Below are positions 9,745 through 23,226 of a stretch of 64,000 nt of DNA, one piece after another; positions within the stretch are counted from its first letter, which is position 1; every line of letters starts with the position of its first letter. Made by a program: the position numbers and the translations under genes. Source of the DNA: Balanoglossus misakiensis (Eukaryota > Animalia > Hemichordata); assembly GCA_040954595.2 (NCBI GenBank), contig CM082582.2, forward strand, positions 9,229,483 to 9,293,482, read 5' to 3'. Under the pieces are notes generated by a model, which was not told the DNA's origin, searched no databases, and saw only the letters and a program-made list of their open reading frames with translations.

Positions 9745-12700
9745 CTTGGTTTCCGTGGTTATCTTCTCGTATCGAACGTCTGCAAAAGTGGTCAACAAAG
9801 ACATTTGATTCTTGTTATAAGCTTGTCTATCTATTTTTTATGCGATCGGATCTATGACTTGCGTAATAGTTATGACTCAACTCTAAGTATGGTGATGATC
9901 AAACATACTTCTAAGTCTATTGCGTAATTGGACACAAATGGCAACGCCCATGTTCAGGCATACCACAGCACCCACTTGGTAAAATCTGATCATATATAAC
10001 GTGACCGTACCACAGGTACTTAGACCTACATTGTATTTATTATTGCGACACAAATTACTGTATGAAAAAAGCTCGATTTGGCCGTCATTCAATGGTGTTC
10101 TCACATATATGACTCGGAACTAATCAAAAATTGAGCAGTCGACAAGTGGTTTTTCCCACAAGCTTACTCTGGCCAATCATGAAGAAATCAATGGCAAAAA
10201 TGGATGGTACCGAGATAAGAATATAGAAATTGTCAATATTTGAAAATATCAATGGATTCACACGCCAGTACATTAGACTACGTTGTGTTGACTGACTTAC
10301 CGGGTGAGTGGATCCTTCGCAAGTGGTGCGATGTCCTTTGAGATGGCCACTCTTAAATACCAACACGTTTCCGCATACGTTAAATAATGTGAGTGACTCG
10401 TGATTAGAAATCTTTCAAGGAAGGTCAATAATGGACGCCCCCTCGAAAAACTCTTACACAATGGATCGGACCATAATAGGAAACTTCAATGCACGGAACA
10501 ACGGCAACAATTAGAATAACAGTCAGATAAACACGCCCATGAAAGTTTTCTATTAGAAGACAAATTTGTTTTCTTATTAATTCAGATGTAAACAGTGGGT
10601 TTATTCTGTAAATCATTATTCTCGAGCCTCAAAAGTTAAACGTGTGATGATACAGACTTTGATAGTAGCCTGCCAATAGGTTGCCTCTTTATGAACCCGT
10701 AATGTTTGTGCGTGAAGTCGTGTAATAACAAACATGTTACTGTATCGTATGCAAACTATTCCGGCATTTATATTTTTATCATATACTGTTCTATTTTAGC
10801 AAATTTACTACAAACGCTTGTGGCTGGAGTGTGGTTGTATACTATCCTCTGATCTCTGTGCACATTTACTGAACACGTGGATCTGCTTGGCGGTTGTTTA
10901 TCAGAATCACGAAATCTGATTTGAGTTTCTTCAAGTTGTTCAAAGTCTATGCCTCTTGACCGTTCACGTGTAAAAGACACGTGGACAAGGCACAACAACT
11001 TGAACTACAAGCGTCATATCGCGTGACAAACACCAAAGCGTCGATATTAATCGCACGGGTCACACAACAAATATTGCATTAACGGTGAAGTGTCTCTGAT
11101 TTCAATGTTCGGGGCTGATAGTGAATTTGTGCACTAACAGTAAGTTATAAAGTCAGATAGGACTATATGATGATAAACCAGTCCTCGGTTTATTTGTTTT
11201 GGGATGTGCAAATTCAAATTTTGCCGTGTCAACCATGGAAAGTCACGAAAATTAAATTATATCAGCTTTTCCATCGACGCACTTCCAAAGTAAGCAATTT
11301 GCTAAAACAACGAAGAAAGATTAACAAGCTCCTGTTTGGAGAAATCTTGAAAGTTTCTAGAAGGGCGAAACCCAAAATAGGCGGGTGTTAGGGGCATATA
11401 TTGTGTCTTGGTTATTTTGAGGTTGAACTGGAGACAAAATCCCCCAACCCATCATGTGGAAAATCTGCATTGCATTCTGGGCGTTTTCAAAATGGCCGCC
11501 CCCTTCAGTGGAGGATGCAGGAAGCATTTGTAAGTACATTTTTGGTTGATTCTTCTACTATGTGGCATTGCATTTGAACGAAACCCCTTCTACAGCCCAG
11601 CATGCACCTGTTACACGAAATACAAAGACCATACATGTACGGCGACTGCTCCTATGACTTAGAAAAGGGGGAATGTGTGTTTTGCGGCGATTTATGAGGG
11701 ACCAATGCTTTCCAAACACCCAATCCACTTTTATTTCGTTTTCCTTCGCTTCCCGGACAGGCTCGAAGGTAGATGGGTTGTGATTGGCTGCCTACTGAAT
11801 TACGCAGAGGACGTGACGTCCAACATTTTCTCAGTAGACAACCAATCACATCATCGCTACTTTCCAGGGGACAGCTGAGGTAGAACGAAAATTGATTGAG
11901 CATGTAGAAACATAGGTCCCCTCAGAAATAGCCTGGTAGTCGGCGCACTAGGCTTCCGCCAATTAATGTCATTGACTTTTGGTGCTTGGCGGCGCAGAAA
12001 ACGAAGAGATGAATATATACACGGACTCGTTTGCAAATATTGTGAATGCTTATATTTTATTCATATCGCAAAACATGGCACTTGAGGAAAACGTTTAAAA
12101 ATAACTGTTAACATGAAGGAACGTTCAAGTTGAAATAAATAATTATCTCGTTGTTATTTCCCGGTTGTCAGATCCAAATTATATCTGTGTGTGTGCTGTG
12201 GTAAGGCCTAGAACCCCTACCCACTCTGCAAAATATTCACGTTTATATTGATTCCTAATCGATAAACCCATCACACCCGAAAACGACTGGCCTGTGTTTA
12301 ATACCCCGGTAAATTCGTGTCAATTAGTTTGACAACAAAAGCACTTGACTAAAATACGGAATACTAAAAGTTACATTGGTTTGCATTGCAAGAACTTGAA
12401 ACAAATACCAACCACCTAATATCTACCGAGAATCTAGTATTTCTACTGTCTACGCTATCTAAAAGATCTATCTATACCATATCTAGGTATCTGAACCTTT
12501 TGAATTGTCAGTTTCGGACCGTATAACATCTTACCCTAAAGCTCTCTAGGAGCGCTTCATTTGAACCGTCACGACAAATGCACAAGCAGGACCCCTTTTT
12601 GTCTGAGGGTGCCGCCAAGCGAAAACGCCGACTTTAACGCCCCACGATGTGTCTGTGTTTGCATAATTTTCACGAAGAAATACTCCAATCTTCAATAGTC

Positions 12701-12895
12701 GCCTGATAGCACAATTTTAAATTGTGAAGATTCTATTACCCATTTGCCATAGTTGTGATTGTACACTTGTATGTACCCATCAGTAAGCTTATTTACAGTA
12801 AATGGGCCAATCAAAGTTTGCAAGTAAAGTCATGAAAATAATGCAAAAAGTGGCAGCTGATGACAGATTTAACTTTTGAATCAGTCGATCTCAAT

Positions 12896-14128
12896 TCAGG
12901 GCATTTCTTTGAATGACTGATTGTGTGCCTGCATTTCTATGCTCTGGGCTTCTAGTTCCTTGGCGATGGCGTCCTTGTCGTCGTCGGAGAGAGAGACTCC
13001 GGGTCGGGTTGCCACGGTGATGGGGACTTTGATGTGACGGTAGATGACGAGCATGAACCTGGCGACGCAGAGGCAGCAGAGGACGGTCAGAACCACCAGG
13101 GCGTAGATGGACGTGGTCTTGCTCGGGTCCCAGTTCTCGTCGATGATGCCGGCGTAGGCGACGATGGCGGTCGGGTAGATGGTGACGGTGTAGCGCAGGT
13201 ACTTGTCGAAGATGAAGTTCTCGAAGATGACCCAGAAGAGGACCTCGGCGGAGACGACGACGTGTGAGATGAGCGTGGCCGTGTCCATGTCGACGTCGGC
13301 GAAGTAGTGCAGCACAAGGCAGACGTTCAGCAGGGTGGCGATGCTGGTCCAGGTGGCGTAGATGGCGAAGCCGTTGTGGATCAGGATGCGCGTGGCCCAG
13401 ATGTCGCCGCGCTGGTGGAGCGTCAACTCCCCGTAGTGCACGATGAGGTTCCGCATGGAGTCGAAGAGCACAATGTAACTGGTGAAGGCGATCAGCGCCA
13501 CGAAGGCCAAGGCCACGATCATGTACTGGCGGTCGAAGAGCAGCACCCAGCCGACGTTCAGCGCCTGGTTGAACATGAAGGTGACGAAGAACACCCAGGT
13601 GTGGATCTTGGGCTTGACGTAGATGTAATCGTGCGAGTTACGCCGGCACGTGCCTATCAGCAAGTAGCCGAGGCCGAGACCCATCCAGACGTAGATGACG
13701 GGCCATATCTGGAAAGTCCAGTACGCCGGGGTGAAGTCTGTGTGATAGGCGTCAGATATGTCCTGTGTTTCGTTCAGGAATATACCTACAGGTAGAAAAG
13801 CAGTCTGGTGTTTAGTGGGCTCATTAAGGCGGCGAGATCAAAGAGATCTATAATTTGTAAACGGATTCGATAATATTACACAATGACACCTGTATTGCAC
13901 TGAGCATGGCCACGACACAAAAAAAACGTGGTATAAATAAATAATGTATTACAGCCTTCATGGCAACTTTATATTTTATGGCAAAACATTGTTTTTGGTC
14001 TCACGCGCAATAAACTTACCCCATTTCACTCCCAGCGCAACAGAGAGCTGGGCGAAGAACAGACTGAGGGCATACATCCATAGCGACCCGATGATGTAGA
14101 AGATGTACAGCGGCTGATGTTTCGGCAT
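12896..14128 (-). CDS. TPAxWTFxIW-family multi-pass membrane protein, paralog 2, about 332 aa; exons 14128-14020 and 13785-12896
   Basis: Exon 1 is MPKHQPLYIFYIIGSLWMYALSLFFAQLSVALGVKW, followed by phase-1 G|GTAAGT. The acceptor ...cctgTAG gives GIFLNETQDISDAYHTDFTPAYWTFQIWPVIY, in frame with the 262-aa ORF (NVGWVLLFDR, LIHNGFAIYATW, RYTVTIYPT). Confidence 0.85.
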
Positions 14129-16247
14129 TTCGGCACCAAGTTTCTTCTTGTCTATACACCAAGAAACTCCAACACCACTGCTCATAAGACACAGACTGGG
14201 GAGAAAAGAGTAAAGTTGACGCCATCAAAATACATTGTAATATAATGTACCACCAAAATATAACAATGTCAGAAGGAACTAAGACAATATCTTCCAATGT
14301 AAATACTACTAAATTTCGCACCTCAAGATAGGAACGCCCAACGAAGAACTGCGAGGGACAAACCAAACCTGCCATTTTTATGCCATTGTTCGCAAAATAT
14401 TTTTATCTCACAAGATGATTTGACGTCAAGTTAAGTTGCATAACAATGTTGACTTCATTGTCAGGCAAACTTGAACCTTGTACTCCCGTAAAGCGTCCGG
14501 GCAAGTCTGGATTATTTGACAATCTCTCAGCGATTACTGGTTTGCGGGTGCTCACGTTCAGGACAACGTGCACGAGTTTAGTTCGTGAACTTATCCGTTG
14601 CTGTCCAGTGACGGAACCGTTCTCATTCATCTTATTTCCCCCGAATTTAATTGTCTTCAATTTTAATTTCCTTTTTTGATGTTGACAGCGTGAAACCTAT
14701 AATACGACTGTTTTGTCTGCGATATGAGAGCATGTGATGTAGAATTTTGGCGGGCACTTGTTACACATGTCGCGCAGTGTCACAACTAGTTATCAATATG
14801 CGAAGAATTTCTGACGGTTCTGGGGCTATAGCGCCTTAGCAACCGTGGCAATCCCAAACTACAGAACGTATGTACATGTCTATCCTATGGATGCATGGGA
14901 TAGATAAAATACAAGACGAATACTGACCATAAACCCATTTAAAAGACGGATTTGTTGCCAACGAGGTTACCTTCACAAGCAGCTGTAGAGAGAAGACAAG
15001 TTACTTGTTAGAGCAAAGAATAAACTAAGAATGACTTACACAACTACCCGTGTCACGACCGACGACCAACCAAGACTGCTGAAGAGTGGTGGGTGTGAAT
15101 GGAAACTTGTCTACAGGTTTCCAAACGATATTCAAAAGAATTACATAACTGGTATAAAACATCTACAGATTAAGACTGGATTCGGTGGGTGATATGGTGG
15201 ATGGCATATGCGCAGTACAGGTGCGCCGAAGACGGGGGGAATATTTCATAACTTGTCGGGCGATAAAAATCTGCACAGACAACGCACCTTTGTTGAATTT
15301 GGATCGCTAATATTTCGATTAGGGACATGAAATACATGGAGTTTTACATCCATCGAATGTCGTTAGGCGTCCGTGATATGAAATATGTGTACCAAGTCAC
15401 GGTGGAAATTTCTTCGGAAGTGGCCTTGCCGTGAACAATCTGGATTGTCTACCCATCACGTCGTCGGGGACGGTCAAGATTTATGACAGACAAAACGACG
15501 CAAGAATATCTTACCTGAACTTTAACGACTTTTCGCCAAATATTTTCCAAGAAAAGGCGTTGCTGTGGAGACAATTAGACAGTTCGCGCCAAAAGATGCC
15601 AAGGAAATCGTAGAAGTTGGCAATTTTCCGACCAGCCTTGACGGCAAGACACTGGCTGCCTGTCAATATTGAAGATTTTGAATGGGGAAACGATTATTTT
15701 ATAAAAGTCGTCTCCACCTATAACCAGGTTCAAAGGTCACTTGTTCGTAATCATCATGAGTTCAGATGAAGGCTGAGTTACCCATAATTCTTTGTAATGA
15801 GGCGCCCAAGTAATTGGAGTTGCCTTTTTCGTCCAATTGATGCTGCTTGCTCATTGTGAATCATGACTGTTAGTCACTGACTGTTAGTCATGTCAGATTT
15901 TGCGATTCAAGATCTCTGCCAGAACGGGGACGTTATGTAACGTCTACCAAACAGAGAGAACCAATTAGTCATCGCGGGATAAAGACATATTTCTTGATTA
16001 TTTAAAATATTCCGAAGGCCAAGCCACGGTTACAGCTTCCCCCGTGAACTGGTTTTGCGGCACGGCAACTATTTATAGTCATGCCCTCTATATTCCGCGA
16101 TAAACCCCAACGTGATACCATGCGCTTGAACTAACATTCGCCCCAGGCAACAGATACCTAATTTTGTTGAATAAACAACTGCCCTCGGCGACTTTGACTC
16201 AAAATTAGACCCCTCGGTGATAATTAGGTCGAGTGTGTAAGGAAAGC

Positions 16248-16334
16248 CAATTATTATGTTATTTCCTTCAATTATTATGTTATTTCCATCAATTATTATG
16301 TTATTTCCTTCAATTATTATGTTATTTCCTTCAA
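16248..16334 (+). repeat. 21-bp tandem repeat, 4 copies (CAATTATTATGTTATTTCCTT)
   Basis: Four near-perfect copies with one T>A variant; this explains the spurious IIMLFPS and GNNIIIE repeat ORFs. Confidence 0.95.
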
Positions 16335-17309
16335 ATCCGGTCGTGTTTTCAACGAGCAAAAGTTATAGCGTATACTATATATTTCGGTTGCGTGTAAGAA
16401 AACACAGATACACATGTCCGCATGCAGGGGTGTTTATTCAACAAGGCCAAGCAACCTTGAAGTCACAAAATAATGTGAAAGTGAGTACTATAAGGCTTAA
16501 TAAATACGACAATTGCTGATAACGAGAGAATGTTCTGGACGTTCAAGATATAGCCGGTGTGAATGGCCACCCAATGTGTGTGTTTATTGTTTGACTTCTA
16601 ATCAATAAGCCACCAATTTACATCTCTGCTCGGAAGTGTTAATTGTTTTTTTTCCCCAGCCAATTAGCAGTGTCCACTAATAGACTAATTAACGCATGCG
16701 ACTGTAACAGTGAACAGTTAAAATTTGCATGGGCCACGGACCATACACTGGGGACGATAAATAACATAAATTCTCGGTTTTGGACCAACACTATTTTTAA
16801 ACGGGGAAGTTGGCGTCCCATTGGCTCAAATCGTCTTCTTGCGTACAAAATAAAAGTATAGCTTAAGTTTCGAACTCTAAGTTTACACGTATACTAATAA
16901 ATCATGGAAACGCTATTGATGTCAAACAACAGGGACATTGAGCCAAAAGCAGATGACAGCATGTCGAAAGTATAGGCAGTGGAAATTGTCAACGTGATGA
17001 CGTAGGTGAAGAAGTAGAACCGGCGATGCATCGATGGTATACTTAGGTACATGTACTCATGAACGACTATGGGTATAGGGGATGTTTTTTTCTCTGGGGA
17101 AAGTCGCCTGTAAGGAAAGGCAAAGTTTTTTTTCTTTCCCGTCAATGATCGCATCGGCCTTTATCTACTAGTATTACCCTCGTGTCAAACAACACGACGA
17201 TAATGTGAGAACTATCTCTACGACAAACGACTCTAAAACTTAGGCGATAACCCTGGCTGCAGTGATTAAAACTACTATCCCACAAATATGTGAAGGAGAT
17301 ACTATGTAT

Positions 17310-17969
17310 TTATGGATGAGCTGTACATTCACACTGGCAGTTGCACGTTTGTTTGGTGCTCCCGTGTCCCATGCCCGATATCGTCGTAACTGCTTCACGC
17401 ATCGACGACGTCTGTGCCGTTTGGGTGCTGCTGGTCATATTCGCGCCAAGATCCGTCACGGCTTCGACGGTCGGTGCCCTGGTGGTCTTGGGAGGATGCT
17501 CGATGTCGAACTCCACGCACGCTCCGTCGTTCGGGCTCTTCGGGAAATTCTTGCACTTCAGACTTCGCGGCCAGCGAAAGCCGTAGGCCTTCATGATGCC
17601 GGCGCAGCCCGCCCGCGCCGCCAGGCACAGGGGACGGCAGGGCGGGATGGCCGAATTGTTCTCCCGGGAGCGCAGGCCGCACGGTGGAGCGTACACGGCG
17701 CACAGGAGCAACCTCAAGTACGGCGAGCACTCGATCTCGACCAGCGGCCAGAACTGGTGAACCTCCAGCCCAGCGTCGTCTTGAGAGTCGTGGTCCAGCA
17801 GATTCGGCAGGAGTGTCTCGTTGTATGTCCCCAGGCTTTTGCACATTGGAATCGTCAGTGGCTCACATCGACTTTCGGATCTTCTGGCAGCGGCAGTGTG
17901 GATGGACGGCAGCAGAACGACGACCACTATTGCTAAGTATTTGCAGGCGATCTTCAAAGAGTGGAACAT
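17310..17969 (-). CDS. Secreted Frizzled cysteine-rich-domain (CRD)-only protein, Fz5/8-like CRD, 219 aa
   Basis: Signal peptide (YLAIVVVVLLPSIHTAAA). All ten CRD cysteines are present (CEPLTIPMC..YNET.LPN..DHDSQDDAGLEVHQFWPLVEIECS..LLCAVYAPPC..PPCRPLC..ARAGC..IMKAYGFRWP..LKC..FP..AC). A Thr-rich linker and CNCQCEC precede the stop. Candidate 5'UTR intron 18201-18001 (CAG|GTAAGT ... ttatAG). Confidence 0.88.
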   Translation of the reverse strand: MFHSLKIACKYLAIVVVVLLPSIHTAAARRSESRCEPLTIPMCKSLGTYNETLLPNLLDHDSQDDAGLEVHQFWPLVEIECSPYLRLLLCAVYAPPCGLRSRENNSAIPPCRPLCLAARAGCAGIMKAYGFRWPRSLKCKNFPKSPNDGACVEFDIEHPPKTTRAPTVEAVTDLGANMTSSTQTAQTSSMREAVTTISGMGHGSTKQTCNCQCECTAHP

Positions 17970-20920
17970 CTTGGTCAATTTTCCAGCCGTTAGTGCAGCT
18001 CTATAATAAGAACCAAAAAACCTCAGTCAAAATTTATTAAACTACACATTACTGAAATATTCATGCCATGTGCGTAAAGCATGGTGAGTAGGGCTAGCTT
18101 ATCATGGGAAACAGCGTGATGAAAATGTCATCGCCACTAGCTTCCAACACAAGTAATATTCATCAAGCCCAGATGAACTGGATTTAAAATGGTTTACTTA
18201 CCTGCCTGTGAGTTTGAAAAAATCTGCGTCAATTGGAATACAGCCTACTATGCATGAACCGCGCTTTTGGCCGAGAAGAACGGACAGATATGTCGCTGTA
18301 CTGGGAACCAGCTGCACCAATATCGTCGAATGTTTATGTTGACGACAACGGACAGCGTGAAATAAAGTAGCTTACCAAGGAGTTGTTCGACATGAGCTCT
18401 CGCTGGAATGTGACAAGCATAAACAACTTTATCTGATGAAAACGTCTGATAAATAATGCCGCGATGGGTTTTGCGCTTGTTAACGATGCGGCCATCCATT
18501 TTAGGGATGAGCCTTTTGACATGGTGGGGGGGGGCTGGCAGATAGTGGCTGTTCCCCATTTCTTCTACACGTCACCCCCGTGATATCAAAATGGTCCGCC
18601 CCTTATTTCTAATTTCATATTAAACGTACTGAATATTCGAACAGAACGTGGTACCATGTGCCTATACCTAAAGCGCACACATCTCACTTATGGATTTCTC
18701 ACCGACCCTCACCGCGTCCGATTTGCGTGCTCTTTGCCCTGTCTCTTGGAAGAACACCGCAGGACTTGTCGCTAAATATATCAAATTTCAAACCCTTGAT
18801 ATGGACTGAGCGACCGTGCTCTGGACTGACAGTTGACTTTGGAATCAAGGTCATGGGACAGACTCCTAGAAGTGGGTAATTGGTCCAGAAAGTGGGTGGC
18901 ATCATTGCAAATATTGTCAACGGAAGTAAACAAACGCACAAGAAAACACGTACACAGTTTAGGCCTAATATACATACATGATGTGATTGTCACATCGTGA
19001 TTTTACTGAAAAACAAACAATTTGCAAAAATGTCAATGCAGTTTGTGATGAAGTTTGTCAATGTTTGCGCTGTTTTCGTGGCCAGGTGTACCTCTGTTGC
19101 TTACTTCATTTACATATAAGCATGACCAGGTGTTTGAATTGATTAGTTTCGCTCATGTAAAAGCCACGCTTTGCCACGTTCTTTTGTTGTTGAATTGGTA
19201 CTGGTCTCGTAGCCTTGCCGTCGCCTTGTGTGGCGGAGTTTGGATCCAACTTTACGGTTATTTGTCTGTCTTCTGTGGTGCCTATATTGGTATGAAGATT
19301 GTGACTGCAGTCGGAATTTTGTGAAGTCCGGTGGTCGTCGAGAAGCCGTGTTTGATGTTTTTCAAGTACGCCGCGTGAATTTGGAGCCGTCCCATGTGCA
19401 GTGAGGGTGCGAGTTTCTGTGTCGCCGGTACTACGTTGTGTGGACTACACGGCGGAACTGCATTTGAGGTAATACGTGGCTGCTACGTTCTTTAGTACAC
19501 TTGTGATTTAAATTACTTAATTTCCATTGCATCATTTTCATTCTTTTATACGGTAGTCCGTTTACCTGACAATATTCTTCAGTGCGAGTGGACTTTGTAT
19601 GGAGTTGCTGAGGACACGTGTCACGTGATCAGCTTTCATAACCCGGGCATAACCCTTTCGTAAGAAGTGATTTGCTATCGGGACAAGTATTTGACCCCAA
19701 GTTAAAAATTGATATGACCTCACGATAAACACAACGTGAGGAGGGTAAACCGCTGTTTCTGAGTTGCCCTACTCTACTGAACTGTCCGACTCACTGTGTG
19801 TGACTGGTTTGGCCGTGAGAAGCTGTTTGAGAAGTAGGTTCGGTCAGGACGGGCGCTTTATTCTGAAAGTAGACAAAGGCGAGGTGTCCTTTACGTTTGT
19901 AGTTTGGGGGAAAGAAGACGCGGTACTCTGAAAAACGTAAGTTAATACTTTTATTTTTTGCTTTCAATATTAAGACCCTCTCGCTCTTCATATGGTCCTG
20001 CACTACGTATATACGGAGTGCTGAAAGACCATAATTGGCTGCTAGTACCTAGTGCACGATTATATAACCCGTTAGGTGTTAAAATCGAAGTGTTCCAACG
20101 GCTAAATTCTATATTAACAGGTGTGGAACATGTTACCGGTTGCAATTGGTGTCTTTTTTTCTGTCATCAAGATCACAGAAAATGATGGAATTAATAATAA
20201 CGGCCGACACGGGAAAGACAAATATTTATAATATGACCGTTCCCACTTACACAAACAAAATGTGGCTCGTTAAATATTGTCGAAATAAATATCGCTCATG
20301 GAAATTGAGTTCACCGCGAGAGGGAAAATACAGACCCGGCAGAAACTATCATCATGGAGGTAGTCTTCGGTACTACCCCCGTGGCATCAGTTATGATGTG
20401 CAGCTTTTGAAGTACACGTATATTGAACATTGCCTCTTTCCAATACTACGTTGTTTAGCAGTTCTTCTTAACTACCAGCTAGAACACACTTGATCGTCAA
20501 CGTAGAAACGCATCGATTCTTCATTAAAATCGCCGGCGCAATCAAGCGGTTTGCAGATATGAAATTTAATCTGATGTAATAATTAATGCGCTTGTGTGTG
20601 GAAATGAAATCCCTCGTTTGTGTTATTGACTTGACAATTTAATATTTTAGAACGCACATTCTGTTTTCGCTTGCGATCTGTTATAATTTGATTCCGTTTT
20701 CTGCGTTTGGCTGGACACTTCAGCAAATACGTACACTGGTTTTACACGTAACAACGAGTACGTAATGTACACGATTGCTGGAACAAAGTTTAAATTTATA
20801 GTGATAACATTCTTGATAAGATTAGGGACAACGCCGAGATAATTCCACTCGCGGCGTTAATGATTGACAATAATTTTTTGTACTTTTTTGTTCTAGGTTT
20901 TTGATCAATACAAATCCAAA

Positions 20921-22105
20921 ATGGCAGAACATCAAGTTTGGATGATTGTGACCATACTATTTGCGACCCTGGCGTTCGCGACAATGGTAGTTTTCAATGC
21001 ATTGGCCGCTGTGAACGTGGGTAAGTTTAGCGGGCTCAGATGACGATACGTGTCTTATAATGGAACACTGATTTGGAAAACTTTCGAAAATTTATAGATA
21101 AAAATCACGAGTTTTACTTTTAAAGAAATTTGTTTTGCGTTCTGTTGCACATGGTTGATTATTCTGCACACACAAAATGCAATCAGCGCCTTCCACCCGT
21201 ACGCGAGATCGGTTACAACAGGCGACAAAATTTTCACTCTCCTCCATAACTTTTTTATAGGCGTTATATTCCTGAACGACACTGGCAGTATCTCTGATAA
21301 GTACTATTTCGTCCTCACACCGGCCGGTTGGACTTTCAGCATCTGGTCTCTCATTTACATCTGGTTGGTGCTTGCCATACTGTACACCTTAACGACAATT
21401 TGTCGCAAAAACAAGACCGACTACGTCTACGTGCGCCCCAAAGTGTTGACGTTCCCTTTCTACTTCTGCCTGATCGTGAACTTCGGTCTGAACATCGGGT
21501 GGTTGATTCTGTGGGACCGTCAGTACATCCCCGCCTCCACGATCGCGCTGCTCCTCATGTGCTTCACGCAGTATATCTGCATGGGGGTCTCCCACGCCAA
21601 CCTGTACCAGTACCTGCCCCGGCTGATGCACTCCCAGAAGTTCGACGTCTGGTGCCTCCGGATCTTGGTCCACAACGGCCTCGCCGTCTACACCACCTGG
21701 TGCACCATCGCCGCCCTGCTGAACGTCGGCACCACGCTGATCTACTGGATCGACCTCAGCCAGCAGACGGCCGGGATCATCTGCCTCTCCATCCTGGCGG
21801 GCGAAGTCGTCCTGTGGGCTCTGCTGGAGGTGCTCGTCCTCGACAGGTGGTTCCGCTACACGCTCACCATCTGGCCCACCGTCATCTGGGCCCTGGCCGG
21901 CAGCCTGGAGCAAAACTGGGACCTGACCGTGACCACCTGTATCTACACTCTAGTTCTGATTGTCGTCGCTGCTTGCCTCTTCGTCTTCCGTATTGGTGTC
22001 TTCTTCTGGAGGGTCTGCAGCAAGCCACTAATCACAAGAGATCAACTTCAGTTAATCGAACATGAAATGACGGCAACTACAAGCAAACAACATCTTGATT
22101 CCTAG
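20921..22105 (+). CDS. TPAxWTFxIW-family multi-pass membrane protein, paralog 3, about 314 aa; exons 20921-21020 and 21261-22105
   Basis: Exon 1 is MAEHQVWMIVTILFATLAFATMVVFNALAAVNV, followed by phase-1 G|GTAAGT at 21021. The acceptor ttttttatAG at 21260 gives GVIFLNDTGSISDKYYFVLTPAGWTFSIWSLIY; motifs NIGWLILWDR, LVHNGLAVYTTW and RYTLTIWPT. Confidence 0.88.
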
Positions 22106-23226
22106 AATAGACTCTTTGATGAATATTTTGCGGCTACCGACTCCGATTCCAATTCGAATGTATAAATCTTTAAATTGGCCAATTTCAATTTGTAAGTTTT
22201 TGCCGATTCTCCCTTTTTACAAATTTGCAGCAAATCAATATTTTATTAGGAAGGTTTTTGAAGACTTAACATTTTATCAATTTCAAATTGAGATTCATCA
22301 ATCTCCTATTTCCACATTTTGACTTCCAACCAGCTATTTGCATTTCAGATGAACAGTGACCAGATTACTAGTGCTTTGTTCAAATAATATTCTTGGTGTA
22401 TCATTTTTGGAGTGGCATAGGTTTTCCTTGATGTGGCATTATTTTCTGACAAACACATTAAAAGAGATAAATAAGACATTTCTGTTCGAGTAATGGTTTT
22501 ATGTCGACAGACGGATCGCCGAGCAGGCGAAATGATGGACGGAGAGATGGACCGAGCACAGTGTTTTGTCGTGAGGAACGTATATGGCGCCCTCAACCGG
22601 TCACACCTTGGTTTCGATGGCTCCTGAAGCCACTCTCGTCTTCATTATATATTTTTCTCTAAACTCCACATTGCTGGAAAAACAATTCTAGATTTCGGAA
22701 TTCGGTTTAAAGATGTGGAATAAAGAAGCTTGCACTATAGTATACGCCCTAAAGACAAGTTGCGCGGCGTTTTGGGATGTCGAAATACACCACATCACTT
22801 TCGGGGCAACGGTCAAGGAGCAAAAGAATGTCCGTTACATAAAACTACGCAATTCATGAAGTGTAGCAACACATAGGTTGGGCAGGGATTTGTCAATGGT
22901 TAACGGAATCATATCTAATTTTAAACAGTCACATTCATGAGAACGTGAGATCGTCAGCAGATTTTCTGAGCATCGCATTCTTGCGATAAGCTGACGACAA
23001 AGGATTTTGGACACTTCTCTTCTAGACATCGTCGGCGGAGGTTGCATTCAGACAAAGTTCACAGGTGAGTACGCGAATACCTTTGACTACATATTCATCG
23101 ACCAACTGACCACTTAGCGCGCAAAGGATGATGTCTTAATTAATTATACAATGACCGTTATTTAGTTCTGTTCATATATTTAGTTTTTTTTTCTTTTTCT
23201 CTGTTTCGCTTGATTTCGCAGGCAAG

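Noticed and set aside
11370-11620. Possible transposon relic containing CAAAATGGCCGCC
   Set aside because: No terminal repeats, second copy or coding remnant can be shown within the window.
16069-16519. ORFs with NNIIIEG and IIMLFPS repeats
   Set aside because: They are translations of the 21-bp minisatellite.
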